Shown in pieces: positions 19,912 to 30,037 of a stretch of DNA of 64,000 nt. How positions within the stretch are numbered: position 1 is the first letter of the stretch; the number at the start of each line of letters is the position of its first letter. The translations under genes were made by a program, and so were the position numbers. Under the pieces are notes generated by a model. It was given only the letters and a program-made list of their open reading frames with translations. It was not told where the DNA came from and searched no databases. Source of the stretch: Spirochaetia bacterium (lineage in GTDB: Bacteria; Spirochaetota; Spirochaetia; UBA9216); NCBI GenBank assembly GCA_963675665.1, contig OY776510.1, positions 1,696,001-1,760,000 on the forward strand. The letters run 5' to 3'.

Positions 19912-21570
19912 ATGAGTGAACAGTATAAAGGGGGACAGTTAGTAGTTAAAGTCCTCGAAGAAAATAAAACAAAAGTAGTATTCGGTATTCCCGGAGGACA
20001 AACTTTAAGTGTAACGGATGCGATATATGATACAGATATCAGGTTTATAAATACACGACATGAAAATGGTTCAGCCTGTGCGGCAGATGGTTGGGGGCGC
20101 CTGACTGGAGAACCCGGAATATGCCTGGCAACAACCGGATGCGGAGCATCAAACCTGATAACCGGTTTAGGCGGAGCATACAGGGATTCTAGTCCGGTAA
20201 TTGCGTTGGTATTTCAAAATAAACTACCTGACGCAGGAAAAGGTGATGCGCAGGAGAGTAATCATGAAGCTTTATTCTCAAGTATATGTAAGCAGTACAT
20301 CCCGGTAAGATCTGCCGGCAGTGTGGTATGGGCAATGCGTGAAGCCTACAGGGTTGCAAAAACCGGCAGGCCCGGACCCGTTGTCGTTGATTTGTATAGA
20401 GATGTTGTTGAAGATCAGACAGCAGGATACGAGTATGTGGACCCAAAAAGTTACTGTATACAAAGCAGGGTTAAGCCAGATGACGAAGAAGTAAAATCAG
20501 CAGTTAAAGCAATAAAAGACAGTAGCAAAATCTGTGTTTGGTGCGGTAATGGCGTTAAACTTTCAGATGCATCGGAAGAAGTAATGAAACTGTCTAAAAT
20601 AACCAATGCGCCGGTAGTTACAACCTATAACGGGATTGCATGCATCCCCGGAGAATTTGAAAATCTGATAGGTCCGAGGAGCCGGCATGGTAGTGTCGTC
20701 ACCAAGGCCGCAATAGAGGATGCAGATTGTATAGTATTGGTAGGCTCGACACTGACGGCGATAAGCACAAACCGTTGGAGTATAAAAGCTAAGAATATAA
20801 TCCAGATAGATATAATCCCTGAGAACATAGGCAGACATTATCCTGTATCGGTAGGTGTGGTCGGAGATGCGAAGAAAGCATTAACCGCGATAACTGACGG
20901 TTTGGTAAGTGCCGGATTCATTGGTGAAGAAGCTTTCCTTCAGGAACTGAAAAGTAAAAAGTCAGAATGGGAAAAGAAAACAGTATCCGGGGCGATAGCG
21001 GATAAGACAGCGGAGCCGGTGGCGCCGATAGCTTTTGCGAAAGAATTTGAGAAGGTACTATCTGAGAACAGTGTTTTAGCGGTAGACGCGGGAAATCCCG
21101 GGGCATGGACGCATATAATAAAATTTCCGAAAGGAACTTCCTATATGAAGCCGGTAAATTTTGGGAACATGGGTTTTGCTCTTCCGGCTGCCTTGGGGGC
21201 AAAGGCTGCTGCACCGGAAAAAGAAGTAATAGCGTTGTTGGGTGACGGGTCGCTTGGAATGACTCTGACGGAACTGGAAACAGTGGCCCGGGAGAAACTA
21301 AATATCATAATACTTGTATTGAATGATGATGCGTATGGAAATATCAGGCAGGAAGAGCTTTTTAAGACCGGAAAGGAACGGTACATAGGAGTTGATTTCA
21401 CTCGGGTTGATTATGTGGATGTAGCAAAGGCGCTTGGATGTGATGGAGCTGTAGTACGAAAAGCAAGCGACTTATCTTCCGCATTTGCGCAAGCCCGTGC
21501 GTCGGAGAAGCCCTTTATGATTGAAGTAAAGTTCGATGGTAGCTATACTATTTGGCCTGAAGCTTTCTAG
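19912..21570 (+). CDS. ThDP-dependent enzyme, acetolactate synthase large subunit-like
   Basis: 'VFGIPGG', 'TRHE', 'GRPGPVVVD', ThDP motif 'GDGSLGM...LNDDAYG'. Confidence 0.85.
   Translation: MSEQYKGGQLVVKVLEENKTKVVFGIPGGQTLSVTDAIYDTDIRFINTRHENGSACAADGWGRLTGEPGICLATTGCGASNLITGLGGAYRDSSPVIALVFQNKLPDAGKGDAQESNHEALFSSICKQYIPVRSAGSVVWAMREAYRVAKTGRPGPVVVDLYRDVVEDQTAGYEYVDPKSYCIQSRVKPDDEEVKSAVKAIKDSSKICVWCGNGVKLSDASEEVMKLSKITNAPVVTTYNGIACIPGEFENLIGPRSRHGSVVTKAAIEDADCIVLVGSTLTAISTNRWSIKAKNIIQIDIIPENIGRHYPVSVGVVGDAKKALTAITDGLVSAGFIGEEAFLQELKSKKSEWEKKTVSGAIADKTAEPVAPIAFAKEFEKVLSENSVLAVDAGNPGAWTHIIKFPKGTSYMKPVNFGNMGFALPAALGAKAAAPEKEVIALLGDGSLGMTLTELETVAREKLNIIILVLNDDAYGNIRQEELFKTGKERYIGVDFTRVDYVDVAKALGCDGAVVRKASDLSSAFAQARASEKPFMIEVKFDGSYTIWPEAF
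19913..21439 (+). repeat. 1527-bp near-perfect direct duplication, copy 1
   Basis: matches 31037-32563 (offset 11124); only one substitution seen (G20230 vs A31354). Confidence 0.95.
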
Positions 21571-21748
21571 AGAAGAGTGTTTTGAAAGAACAAAATAGAA
21601 GAATAAAACTTGTAATCACATATGATGCTATCAGAACTATGGTGATGGTTAAGTGCTCTGCTAATATGTGGTTCCCTGAAATGAAGTGGCTTGATGCAAA
21701 ACTTATATTACAGTCGGCAATACTATAAAAAAATATTGGAGGATTTTT

Positions 21749-22654
21749 TTGGAAAGGAAATCAAAACAGACTACAGTTGAGGAAGCTGTTTCAATAATTG
21801 AGTCTGGTTCAAAATTGGCAATTGGCGGATCTCTTATACGTAAAGCTCCTATGGCACTTGTAAGAGAAGTTGTTAAACAAAAAAAACGAGATTTAACTTT
21901 GTATAGTTGGTCGGCTGGGATGGACTTTGATCTATTAATTGGTGCAGGTTGTGTAAAGGAAGCTTGGTCTTCATACTGCGGCTTGTTTCAATTCGGTATG
22001 GCTATGAATTTCCGGCGCGAAGTTGAGAGCGAGAAGGTGCGGTTTGTTGATCTGAGCGAAACATGCGCTAAAGATAAATTCAGGGCTGCCGCGTTTGGTA
22101 ACACATACTGTATTTCAAAAGTCCCGTTACATACAAGCCTTATGGAAAATGAAGAATTTCAGAATATTGTAACTTGTCCATTCACCGGCGAAGAATACGT
22201 AGCGATGGAAGCATACCATCCTGACGTAGCCATTCTGCATGCCCATAGAGCGGATAAATACGGAAATGTTCAACTTGACCCGATACGGATGATGGATAAT
22301 GAATGTGATATTATGATAGCAAAATCTGCGAAAAAGGTGATTGTTTCTGTTGAAGAAATAGTGGATGAGTCAATAATAATAGAGAATCCTACATGGACCG
22401 TACTTCCCAAGTTTTTTGTTGATCATGTAGTAGAGATACCTTTTGGTGCACATCCGAATTCATGCGATACATTATATGATTTTGATATGGAACACGGAAG
22501 ACTTTATCGTGATTACAGTGTTTCTGTAGATCAATTCCAAAAATATTTAGAGGAATATATTTTTTCATGTCTTAATCATTCTGATTATATAGAGAAATGC
22601 GGCGGTATAGATTCTTTTAGAAAATTGAGTAGATCAACGGTGGAGGATAATTGA
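21749..22654 (+). CDS. family I CoA-transferase-fold subunit A (GctA/CatI-like)
   Basis: 'LAIGG...PMALVREV', 'DLLIGAG', 'CPFTGE', 'PDVAILHAHRADKYGN', 'PFGAHP'. Confidence 0.85.
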   Translation: MERKSKQTTVEEAVSIIESGSKLAIGGSLIRKAPMALVREVVKQKKRDLTLYSWSAGMDFDLLIGAGCVKEAWSSYCGLFQFGMAMNFRREVESEKVRFVDLSETCAKDKFRAAAFGNTYCISKVPLHTSLMENEEFQNIVTCPFTGEEYVAMEAYHPDVAILHAHRADKYGNVQLDPIRMMDNECDIMIAKSAKKVIVSVEEIVDESIIIENPTWTVLPKFFVDHVVEIPFGAHPNSCDTLYDFDMEHGRLYRDYSVSVDQFQKYLEEYIFSCLNHSDYIEKCGGIDSFRKLSRSTVEDN

Positions 22655-23475
22655 TGGAGAGAGAATATACTTTAGCGGAGCTTTTGGCTGTGGAGGCCTC
22701 CAGATATGTTCAGGATGATGAGATGAATTTCGTTGGGATCGGAACAGGAGGAGAAGCTTGGGTTAGAGCTGTAGGTATGCCGACGGTTGGAGTATGCCTT
22801 GCTCAGCATAAACATGCACCGAATGCTACATTCATGATTGGCCCCGTATTGGATCCTCTTTTAGACGATATATACGTCCCTGATTCTAATTGGGAATATG
22901 ATTTAATTCATTGGCCTTGTAGAAGCCAGATACCTCTCGAAGATGCGTTGGGTATTTTCAGGCTTGGGAAAATTGGTTTGGCGTTCGCGTCAGCTGCTCA
23001 GGTAGATAAATTTGGGAATCTGAATATTGCTCGTATCGGAAGTAAAGAGAATATGAAAGTCAGATTGCCGGGATGTTTGGCTCAGACTGATCACGGAGCT
23101 TATGCTAAAAGAATTTGTGTCACAGTTAGGCACAATAAAAGAACACTAGTTGAGCACGTTGATTTCATTTCATGCGCAGGAAATGAAAATAGAAAAGGTT
23201 TGCCTGGAGGTGGTCCTGCTCTAGTGTTTACAGACAAGGCTATCATGGATTTTTCACCTGAAAATGGAAGAATGAGGTTAAAAAGTATTCATCCCGGAAT
23301 TGAAATAGAAGATGTGATTGAGAATACAGGTTTTGATTTAATTGTTCCGGAGAAGGTTGAAGAAACTCTGGCTCCCACAAAAGAAGATCTTGACCTAATC
23401 AGAAATGTTATTGATCCGAAGAAAAAGTTCTTGGAAGCACGTATAACACATGAAGCAGCAACACTTAATTGGTAG
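22651..23475 (+). CDS. family I CoA-transferase-fold subunit B (GctB-like; catalytic Glu not evident)
   Basis: 'AQVDKFGNLN', 'VRLPG', 'VDFIS', 'GGGP', 'LKSIHPG', 'NTGFDL'. Confidence 0.85.
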   Translation: MMEREYTLAELLAVEASRYVQDDEMNFVGIGTGGEAWVRAVGMPTVGVCLAQHKHAPNATFMIGPVLDPLLDDIYVPDSNWEYDLIHWPCRSQIPLEDALGIFRLGKIGLAFASAAQVDKFGNLNIARIGSKENMKVRLPGCLAQTDHGAYAKRICVTVRHNKRTLVEHVDFISCAGNENRKGLPGGGPALVFTDKAIMDFSPENGRMRLKSIHPGIEIEDVIENTGFDLIVPEKVEETLAPTKEDLDLIRNVIDPKKKFLEARITHEAATLNW

Positions 23476-23485
23476 GGGGGAAAAA

Positions 23486-24688
23486 ATGGGGGGAGCACTT
23501 TCCGGGATTAGAGTGTTAGATATTTCTAGATACATAGCTGGGCCATACTGCAGTATGCTGTTAGGCGATATGGGTGCTGATGTGATCAAAGTGGAAAAGA
23601 AGGGCTGTGGTGAGGATTCCAGGAGCATGATTCCATTTGCTGGAAAAGAAGGTGAAGAAAAGGTTAGTTTATACTTTACTCAATACAATAAAAATAAGAG
23701 AAGTGTAACATTAGATTTTAGAAATCCAGAAGGCATTGAATTACTTAAGGAAATGATTTCCAAAAGTGATGTTTTAGTTGAAAATTTTCGTCCAGGAACG
23801 TTAGGTAAAATGGGGCTGACAAAAGAAGTTCTTGAAAAAATCAATCCAAGTCTAATTACCGTATCTATTTCAGGATTCGGACAAGATGGTCCATATCGTG
23901 ATCGTGCTGCTTTTGACTGCATTGGACAGGTAATGGGCGGACTGATGAGTGTTACCGGCGAGCAAGACGGTGAGCCGTTATTAGTCGGCAGTTGGATAGC
24001 TGATTTTGCGACTGGTATTTATGCCGCCTTGGGTGCAGTTTCAGCGCTTTATAAAAGAAAAGAAACAGGTATAGGACAACAGATTGATGTATCGTTGCTC
24101 GAAAGTGTTATTTCTTTACTGGCAACGGCAATTCCTAATTATGTTGAAACAGGATTAAAACAGGAGCGTAGAGGGAACAGGGACAATGTTACCGGTCCGG
24201 CGAATCTATTTAAAACCAAGGACAGTATGATATATATGCATGCCGGCACAGATCCTCTATTTACGAAATTAGCCGAGTTAATGGGAAGAAAAGAATTAAA
24301 TGTTGATCCGAAATTCCACACTGCAAACGACAGGATGAATAATATAGAAGAAATTGAGGAAATTGTTCAAGACTGGATGTCAAAATATTCCACTGATGAA
24401 TTGGAAAGGATGCTTGTAGGTGTTGGGATTCCATGTTCTCCGATGGCTGATGTCGAATCTGTTATCAATAATCCACAGGTTAAACATAGAAAAGCTGTTC
24501 TATATAAAGAATATCCGGGGGTAGGAAAAATATCTCTGCCTGGATCTGTAATTAAAATGTCAAAAAATGAAAATGAAGAAATAAAATTACCGCCAAAATT
24601 AGGGCAGCATAATTTTGAAGTTTACGAAGAAGTTCTGGGGCTTTCAAATCAGGAAGTTAATAAATTAAAAGAGCAAGGAATAATATAG
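23486..24688 (+). CDS. CaiB/BaiF (family III) CoA-transferase
   Basis: 'ALSGIRVLDIS..IAGPY', 'NKNKRSVTLD', 'ENFRPG', 'SISGFGQDGPY', catalytic Asp in 'WIADFATG'. Confidence 0.9.
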   Translation: MGGALSGIRVLDISRYIAGPYCSMLLGDMGADVIKVEKKGCGEDSRSMIPFAGKEGEEKVSLYFTQYNKNKRSVTLDFRNPEGIELLKEMISKSDVLVENFRPGTLGKMGLTKEVLEKINPSLITVSISGFGQDGPYRDRAAFDCIGQVMGGLMSVTGEQDGEPLLVGSWIADFATGIYAALGAVSALYKRKETGIGQQIDVSLLESVISLLATAIPNYVETGLKQERRGNRDNVTGPANLFKTKDSMIYMHAGTDPLFTKLAELMGRKELNVDPKFHTANDRMNNIEEIEEIVQDWMSKYSTDELERMLVGVGIPCSPMADVESVINNPQVKHRKAVLYKEYPGVGKISLPGSVIKMSKNENEEIKLPPKLGQHNFEVYEEVLGLSNQEVNKLKEQGII

Positions 24689-24704
24689 TTTTAAGGAGAA
24701 ATTT

Positions 24705-25190
24705 ATGCTCGTTAAAGTAAGACAAGTAATAGATCGAATAATTGGAGCAATATCCGGAATATTATTTATAATTGCTGTCTGTGCCACACTAATTGGCATA
24801 TTAGACAGAACTTTCGGTCTGAATTTGAAAACCGTCTGGGCGGAAGAAGTTACAAGATATTCAATTATTTGGGCTATGTTTTTAATAGTAGGTATTTGTC
24901 TTAGAAGAGGATATCAAACTGCATTTACATTATTTCTTGATAAAATGAATGTTAAATTAAGGGCTTTATTTCAAATAATAATATATATACTTATTACTTT
25001 ATTTTGTCTGCTTTTATTCTATTATGGTATCAAATCCTCGTTTCAAAATATAAATCAACATTCGCCTGTTTTGCAAATCAGTATGACTTATCCATTCTTA
25101 TCAATTCCTGTTGGTGCGGCTTTATGCTTGTTTGAAACGGTATCGGGTATTTATGTAACAATTAGCGGACAACTAAGAGAAGGAATATAG
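24705..25190 (+). CDS. dctQ: TRAP transporter small permease
   Basis: 161 aa, 4 TM, 'WAEEVTRY'. Confidence 0.85.
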   Translation: MLVKVRQVIDRIIGAISGILFIIAVCATLIGILDRTFGLNLKTVWAEEVTRYSIIWAMFLIVGICLRRGYQTAFTLFLDKMNVKLRALFQIIIYILITLFCLLLFYYGIKSSFQNINQHSPVLQISMTYPFLSIPVGAALCLFETVSGIYVTISGQLREGI

Positions 25191-25192
25191 AG

Positions 25193-26485
25193 ATGATAGT
25201 ATCGCTCGGTATTTTTTTAATCCTACTTATATTAATTTTTATTGGGGTACCTATAGCATTCAGTATTGGGCTGGCGAGTCTTGCTACAATATATCTTTTC
25301 GATTTAGGTATACCGCTTACTCTTCTTCCTGCTAAAACATTTTCAGGAATGGATTCGTTTTCTCTCATGGCAATACCATTTTTTATTTTGGCCGGAGAAA
25401 TTATGAATAAAGCCGGTATTACAAGGCGGATTATTGATCTTGCTGATGCATGTGTTGGCTTCTTAAAAGGCGGCCTGAGTTATGTCAATGTCGTCTCCGC
25501 CATGCTTATGGCAGGAGTCTCCGGATCAGGAACAGCAGATGCCGCAGCTCTGGGTGTTGTTATGATTCCAAATATGGAAGAAAAAGGGTATAGTAAGCAA
25601 TATGCAGTTGCTTTAACGTCTTGTGCAAACACTATAGGTCCTATTATTCCGCCAAGTACATTATTAATTCTCTATGGTTATTATACAAATACTTCTGTAG
25701 CTAAATTGTTTATAGGTGGTATCTTCCCTGGGATTATAATGGGTCTTTCATTGATGATTGTTGCTCAGATTATTTGTAGAAAAAAGGGCTACAGGCAGGT
25801 TACTTCCAAGTTTTCAAAATCACATTTTAAATCGGCATTAATACGAGGATGGGTGGCATTATTAGCACCTACATTCATTTTGGTTGCTATTATACTAGGA
25901 TGGGCAACACCTTCTGAAGCAGGTGTTTTAGTGTGTGTTTTTGCACTTATTCTTGGTCTTTTCTATAAAACCATAAGATCTTTAAACGATATCAAAGAAA
26001 TTGTCATATCTGCGGCGAGATCAACATGTACAATTTTTACATTGTTAGCATTTTCCGGAATATTTGCAAATATTCTGGTCAGGGCGCATTTTCAGGGTAT
26101 GATTGTTAGTTTTCTACAAGGAGTAGGCGGTTCTCCTACAAGTATGTTGATTATGATTTCAATATTCATTTTTATTCTTGGTATGTTTGTTGATGTTACC
26201 CCAATGATTATCATGTTTTCTGCAGCATTTGCAGGAGTTGCTGTTTTAAATGGAATAAACATCGTACATTTCGGCCTTGTTTTTGTATTAATCTGTATGA
26301 TAGGTGCGGTCACCCCGCCAGTAGGAGGTTTGTTGTTTGTTACAACATCAATTGGAAAAGTTTCAATGCAGAAAGTCACGCCAGTATTAATTCCTTTTGT
26401 GGCTGTTCTTTTTGGTGTTGTAGTTCTATTAATATTTTTCCCGTCTTTAGTGACTTATTTACCTAATTTAATAATGGGTAATTAA
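25193..26485 (+). CDS. dctM: TRAP transporter large permease
   Basis: 'LMAIPFFILAG', 'SGSGTADAA', 'IIPPS', 'TPPVG'. Confidence 0.9.
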   Translation: MIVSLGIFLILLILIFIGVPIAFSIGLASLATIYLFDLGIPLTLLPAKTFSGMDSFSLMAIPFFILAGEIMNKAGITRRIIDLADACVGFLKGGLSYVNVVSAMLMAGVSGSGTADAAALGVVMIPNMEEKGYSKQYAVALTSCANTIGPIIPPSTLLILYGYYTNTSVAKLFIGGIFPGIIMGLSLMIVAQIICRKKGYRQVTSKFSKSHFKSALIRGWVALLAPTFILVAIILGWATPSEAGVLVCVFALILGLFYKTIRSLNDIKEIVISAARSTCTIFTLLAFSGIFANILVRAHFQGMIVSFLQGVGGSPTSMLIMISIFIFILGMFVDVTPMIIMFSAAFAGVAVLNGINIVHFGLVFVLICMIGAVTPPVGGLLFVTTSIGKVSMQKVTPVLIPFVAVLFGVVVLLIFFPSLVTYLPNLIMGN

Positions 26486-26511
26486 GATAAATATTATTTA
26501 TGGAGGATTTT

Positions 26512-27543
26512 ATGAAAAGAAATGGATTATTAGCGGTATTATTGATTTTATCACTTGTGATGTTTTTCAGTTGTGCAAAAGAAAAAACAGAAGCTGTTGC
26601 CGCAAGTAATGAAGAGTCTAAAGGGTTTGAGAAAATGACAATACGTTATGGTAGTATCTACAATGAAGATACTATTTATGGAAAATCTTTAAATAAGATG
26701 AAAGAAATTATAGAGAACGGTTCTGACGGAAATATAAAAGTTGATATTTTCCATGGGGGAACTTTGGGTTCCGAACAGGAACATGCACAAGCGCAAAATG
26801 CTGGCTCGATTGAGATGCTTTTTTCCGGAACAGCAGGTGTTGGATTGTATGTTCCTGCAACGGCAATATTCGAGACCTGGTACTCATTTGAGGATATAGA
26901 GCAGTTAGGAGAAGCTGTTAATATTCTATGGGATGTATTAGATAAAGAAATGCGGGATAATAATTTTAAATTGCTTGGGGCATACTATGATGGTCCAAGG
27001 AATATATTATCTAACGTAAAGATAACGAATCTTGACGAGTTGCAGAATGTTAAACTCAGATCTCCAGGTGCAAATGTATATGTAAATAGCATCTCTGCTT
27101 TGGGTGCACAGGCAATAGCCCTACCGTTTGGAGATGTCTATACAGCATTGCAGACTAATGCAATAGATGCAATGGAAGGTACTATTGATTCAATATATCA
27201 GCAAAAATTTTATGAACAGGGTAAGTATTTAATCAAAGATTCTCATGTATTTCAGGCATTATTTATAACTTATAATCTTAAAGCATGGAATGAACTGTCT
27301 GAATCTGCAAAGCAATTGATACAAAATGCAGTAAAAGAGAGCATGGACTATCAGATGTCCTTATATAATGACGTTATGGATGAAGAAATTGCAGCAATGA
27401 AGGAGAATGGTATTGAATTCGTTGAAATTACGGATAGAACTAAATGGGTACAAGCGGTAAAGCCGGCAACAGAAGCATATGTAAGTAATTACGGCGATGT
27501 CGGTAAAGCCATATACAAGGTAGTTGAATCATTTAGTAAATAA
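26512..27543 (+). CDS. dctP: TRAP transporter substrate-binding lipoprotein
   Basis: lipobox 'FFSC'; 'KLRSP' (carboxylate-binding Arg), 'PFGDVYTALQTNAID'. Confidence 0.9.
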   Translation: MKRNGLLAVLLILSLVMFFSCAKEKTEAVAASNEESKGFEKMTIRYGSIYNEDTIYGKSLNKMKEIIENGSDGNIKVDIFHGGTLGSEQEHAQAQNAGSIEMLFSGTAGVGLYVPATAIFETWYSFEDIEQLGEAVNILWDVLDKEMRDNNFKLLGAYYDGPRNILSNVKITNLDELQNVKLRSPGANVYVNSISALGAQAIALPFGDVYTALQTNAIDAMEGTIDSIYQQKFYEQGKYLIKDSHVFQALFITYNLKAWNELSESAKQLIQNAVKESMDYQMSLYNDVMDEEIAAMKENGIEFVEITDRTKWVQAVKPATEAYVSNYGDVGKAIYKVVESFSK

Positions 27544-27595
27544 GTTTTTAAACAATTCTCTTTGCTTTTATTTTGCGGAAGTAAAAAATTAAATA

Positions 27596-27748
27596 ATCGA
27601 TAGGCCGTTTTCTGTATTATAGCTGAAAACGGTTTATCGATATTTTCGTTTATGAAGCATTATGATCCCTTTCTTTTTAATATCTGTTGTATAGCAGAAC
27701 ATATCACTTAATGGCGGATTTCTAATCATGGGAATCCGCCACTTTTTT
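27596..27748 (+). terminator. two hairpins after dctP, the second an intrinsic terminator
   Basis: ATCGATAGGCCGTTTTC...GAAAACGGTTTATCGAT (27596-27641); TGGCGGATT...AATCCGCCA followed by CTTTTTT (27712-27748). Confidence 0.65.
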
Positions 27749-27804
27749 ATTGCTCATCTATTTACAATGTTAAGTACTTTTCTCCGTAAGCGGTAATTCT
27801 TACC

Positions 27805-29358
27805 CTATGCCTTAATCAGCCCAGGAGTCAGGTTGAACGGAAGCAGTGCTTCATAATCAGCCGGTGTTTTGCAATTTGGAAGCTGTCTGAAAACGTAGTA
27901 GAAATAATCATAGACCGAGAGGTTCTGCATTTTAGCTGATTCAACAAGGCTGTACAAAATTGCTGAAGATTCGGCGCCGTGTTCTGTATCAGAAAACAAC
28001 CAATTCTTCCTGCCAATCACAAAAGGCCGGATTGCGTTTTCGGCAATATTGTTGGACGGCGTAAGTAGCGGGTCTTCCAAATACAAGTTTAACTGCTTCC
28101 AATTATCCAGCGTATAAGCAATAGCTTTTCCGAAGGCAAGTGTCGGAGGTGTTTCAGCCGCATATTTTGTCAGTAGTTCAAATAACGATTTCAAAATCGG
28201 AGAAGACCTGTTCGCTCGCTTTTTATGAAACCCCTTTTTAGAAAAATCAGCTCTCAAATCTTCAAGCTCAAAAAGTTTCTTAATCAATTCGAGTATCTGT
28301 TTTACATCCGGAGATTTAGACAGTTCCCAATACTTGTAGAAATATCTGCGGGCATGCGCCCAACACAAAACATGCCGAATGGACTTATTCCCTTCATCGC
28401 TTAGTTTTTTCAATGCAGTATGATAAGCCTCATAATCATCAGTCTGCAGCCAGCCGGAATATTCTTGAAGAAAGTCATACGGAACTTTATGAGAGCGGCT
28501 TGTTTCATACTGGAATACGACCGATTTCTTATCAGGCTTACCCCCGAGAAATACCCACATCCAGGATTTATCCTGTGCTTTACGGCCTTTTTCTTTCAAA
28601 ACCTGTACCCGAGTCTCATCTGCGTTTATTACAGGCCCGTTTTTAATATTATCTTTAAGCAGTTCATATAGCGGCTTGCATCTTTCAGCGCATTTAATTG
28701 CCAATGTGCTCAGTGTTGCACGTGGAATATCCGCACCTATCGCATTCAACCTCTTACTCTGTCGATAAAACGGCAGCGCATATTCAAACTTCTCATTTAT
28801 AATCCATGCAAGCAGGCTTTCATCGGCAATACTTCCGGAAATGAGGTGTTTAATCCCTTCTGCTGTCTGTACTCCGGATGAATCATCAGTTGTTCCTTCA
28901 CAATTTCGGCAGACATATTTTTTCTTTATCTCACGTCTGACGACTACTTTCGCAGGAACGATGCAGAGTCGTTCAGATACATCTTCACCTATACAAACCT
29001 TCTCGGTACCACAGGCACAGGTTTTATCTTCTTCATCGATATCGTATTCAACAATCTCGCGAGGCAGGTCTTCAGAAAGCGCTTTTCTTCCCGAGTTCTT
29101 TCGAACTGTTTTTGTGTGGGCTTTTACTTCAAGGGTTTCTGATTCTATTTCATCCTGCTGCTCAAATGCGGAATCTTCTGCTTCGTTGAAAAGGGACGCC
29201 TGCTTCTTATCTTCACTGGTAAGTTTCTCAGATTTTGTTCCGAAGTGAAGAGTCTGCAGGAGGTGTACCAGTTCTTTCAATTCGGTAATCTGATTATCCT
29301 GATTTTGGACTGTTTGTTTGAGTTGAGCAATTTCGTTAAGCAAGGCTTCAGTACTCAC
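27805..29358 (-). CDS. tnpC: IS66 transposase TnpC
   Basis: 'FGTKSE', zinc ribbon, 'ADETRVQVL', 'LQTDDY', 'CWAHARR', 'NNIAENAIRPFVIGRKNWLF'. Confidence 0.95.
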   Translation of the reverse strand: MSTEALLNEIAQLKQTVQNQDNQITELKELVHLLQTLHFGTKSEKLTSEDKKQASLFNEAEDSAFEQQDEIESETLEVKAHTKTVRKNSGRKALSEDLPREIVEYDIDEEDKTCACGTEKVCIGEDVSERLCIVPAKVVVRREIKKKYVCRNCEGTTDDSSGVQTAEGIKHLISGSIADESLLAWIINEKFEYALPFYRQSKRLNAIGADIPRATLSTLAIKCAERCKPLYELLKDNIKNGPVINADETRVQVLKEKGRKAQDKSWMWVFLGGKPDKKSVVFQYETSRSHKVPYDFLQEYSGWLQTDDYEAYHTALKKLSDEGNKSIRHVLCWAHARRYFYKYWELSKSPDVKQILELIKKLFELEDLRADFSKKGFHKKRANRSSPILKSLFELLTKYAAETPPTLAFGKAIAYTLDNWKQLNLYLEDPLLTPSNNIAENAIRPFVIGRKNWLFSDTEHGAESSAILYSLVESAKMQNLSVYDYFYYVFRQLPNCKTPADYEALLPFNLTPGLIKA

Positions 29359-29396
29359 ATAAGAATTTTACCACGGTTAAATTCGAGTGTGAAGCC

Positions 29397-29741
29397 CTAA
29401 ACGCGGGAATAATTTAATTGCTTATGCGCTTTAAAGAAATCTATTCCATCAAGCAGCATCTTCAACTCTTCGAACTTTATCTCCCTCGCGTCTTCTTCCG
29501 TTTCCGGCCAGGGGAACTTATTCTTTTCAAGTCTTTTCTGCCAAAGACAGAATCCGTTCCGATCCCAGTAAACGATTTTAAGCAGCTTTCTTTTGCCGTT
29601 GCAGAATAGAAACAGACTTTTTGAGAACGGGTCGTTCTGCATTATATTCTGAATCTGCAGGCTCAGACCGTTCACACCTTTTCGTAAATCAGTTTTCCCG
29701 GGTCTGACGAAGTAACGGTATTCTGAGTAATCGATAATCAT
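29397..29741 (-). CDS. tnpB: IS66 accessory protein TnpB
   Basis: 'TDLRKGVNGL', 'LFLFCN', 'YWDRNGFCLWQKRLEK'. Confidence 0.95.
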   Translation of the reverse strand: MIIDYSEYRYFVRPGKTDLRKGVNGLSLQIQNIMQNDPFSKSLFLFCNGKRKLLKIVYWDRNGFCLWQKRLEKNKFPWPETEEDAREIKFEELKMLLDGIDFFKAHKQLNYSRV

Positions 29742-30037
29742 TCGAGCTCCCCGATTACTTTAAGAACTGATTTCAGCCCGGCTTCATCAAATCCGGCAGT
29801 TATTGATATTAAGAACTTTTTGGTTTTTATAACTATTGGGGCGGCTGAGAAGATTCCATTTGGTTTTATTTCAACAACTGAAGAACTTCCGGGTGCTTCC
29901 TGATTACCAATAATTTTCCTGTTTTTATAAAACGTGTTTGGATGAATCCCGATCTCTTTACAGAACTCTGGAATCGTCTTACCGCTTTGCTGTTGTTGCT
30001 CAATGACTTCTTCCCAATTATTTATTACCTTTCGCAT
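29738..30037 (-). CDS. tnpA: IS66 accessory protein TnpA
   Basis: 'W...QQSGKTIPEFCKEIGIHPNTFY'; first ORF of the element. Confidence 0.85.
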   Translation of the reverse strand: MRKVINNWEEVIEQQQQSGKTIPEFCKEIGIHPNTFYKNRKIIGNQEAPGSSSVVEIKPNGIFSAAPIVIKTKKFLISITAGFDEAGLKSVLKVIGELE

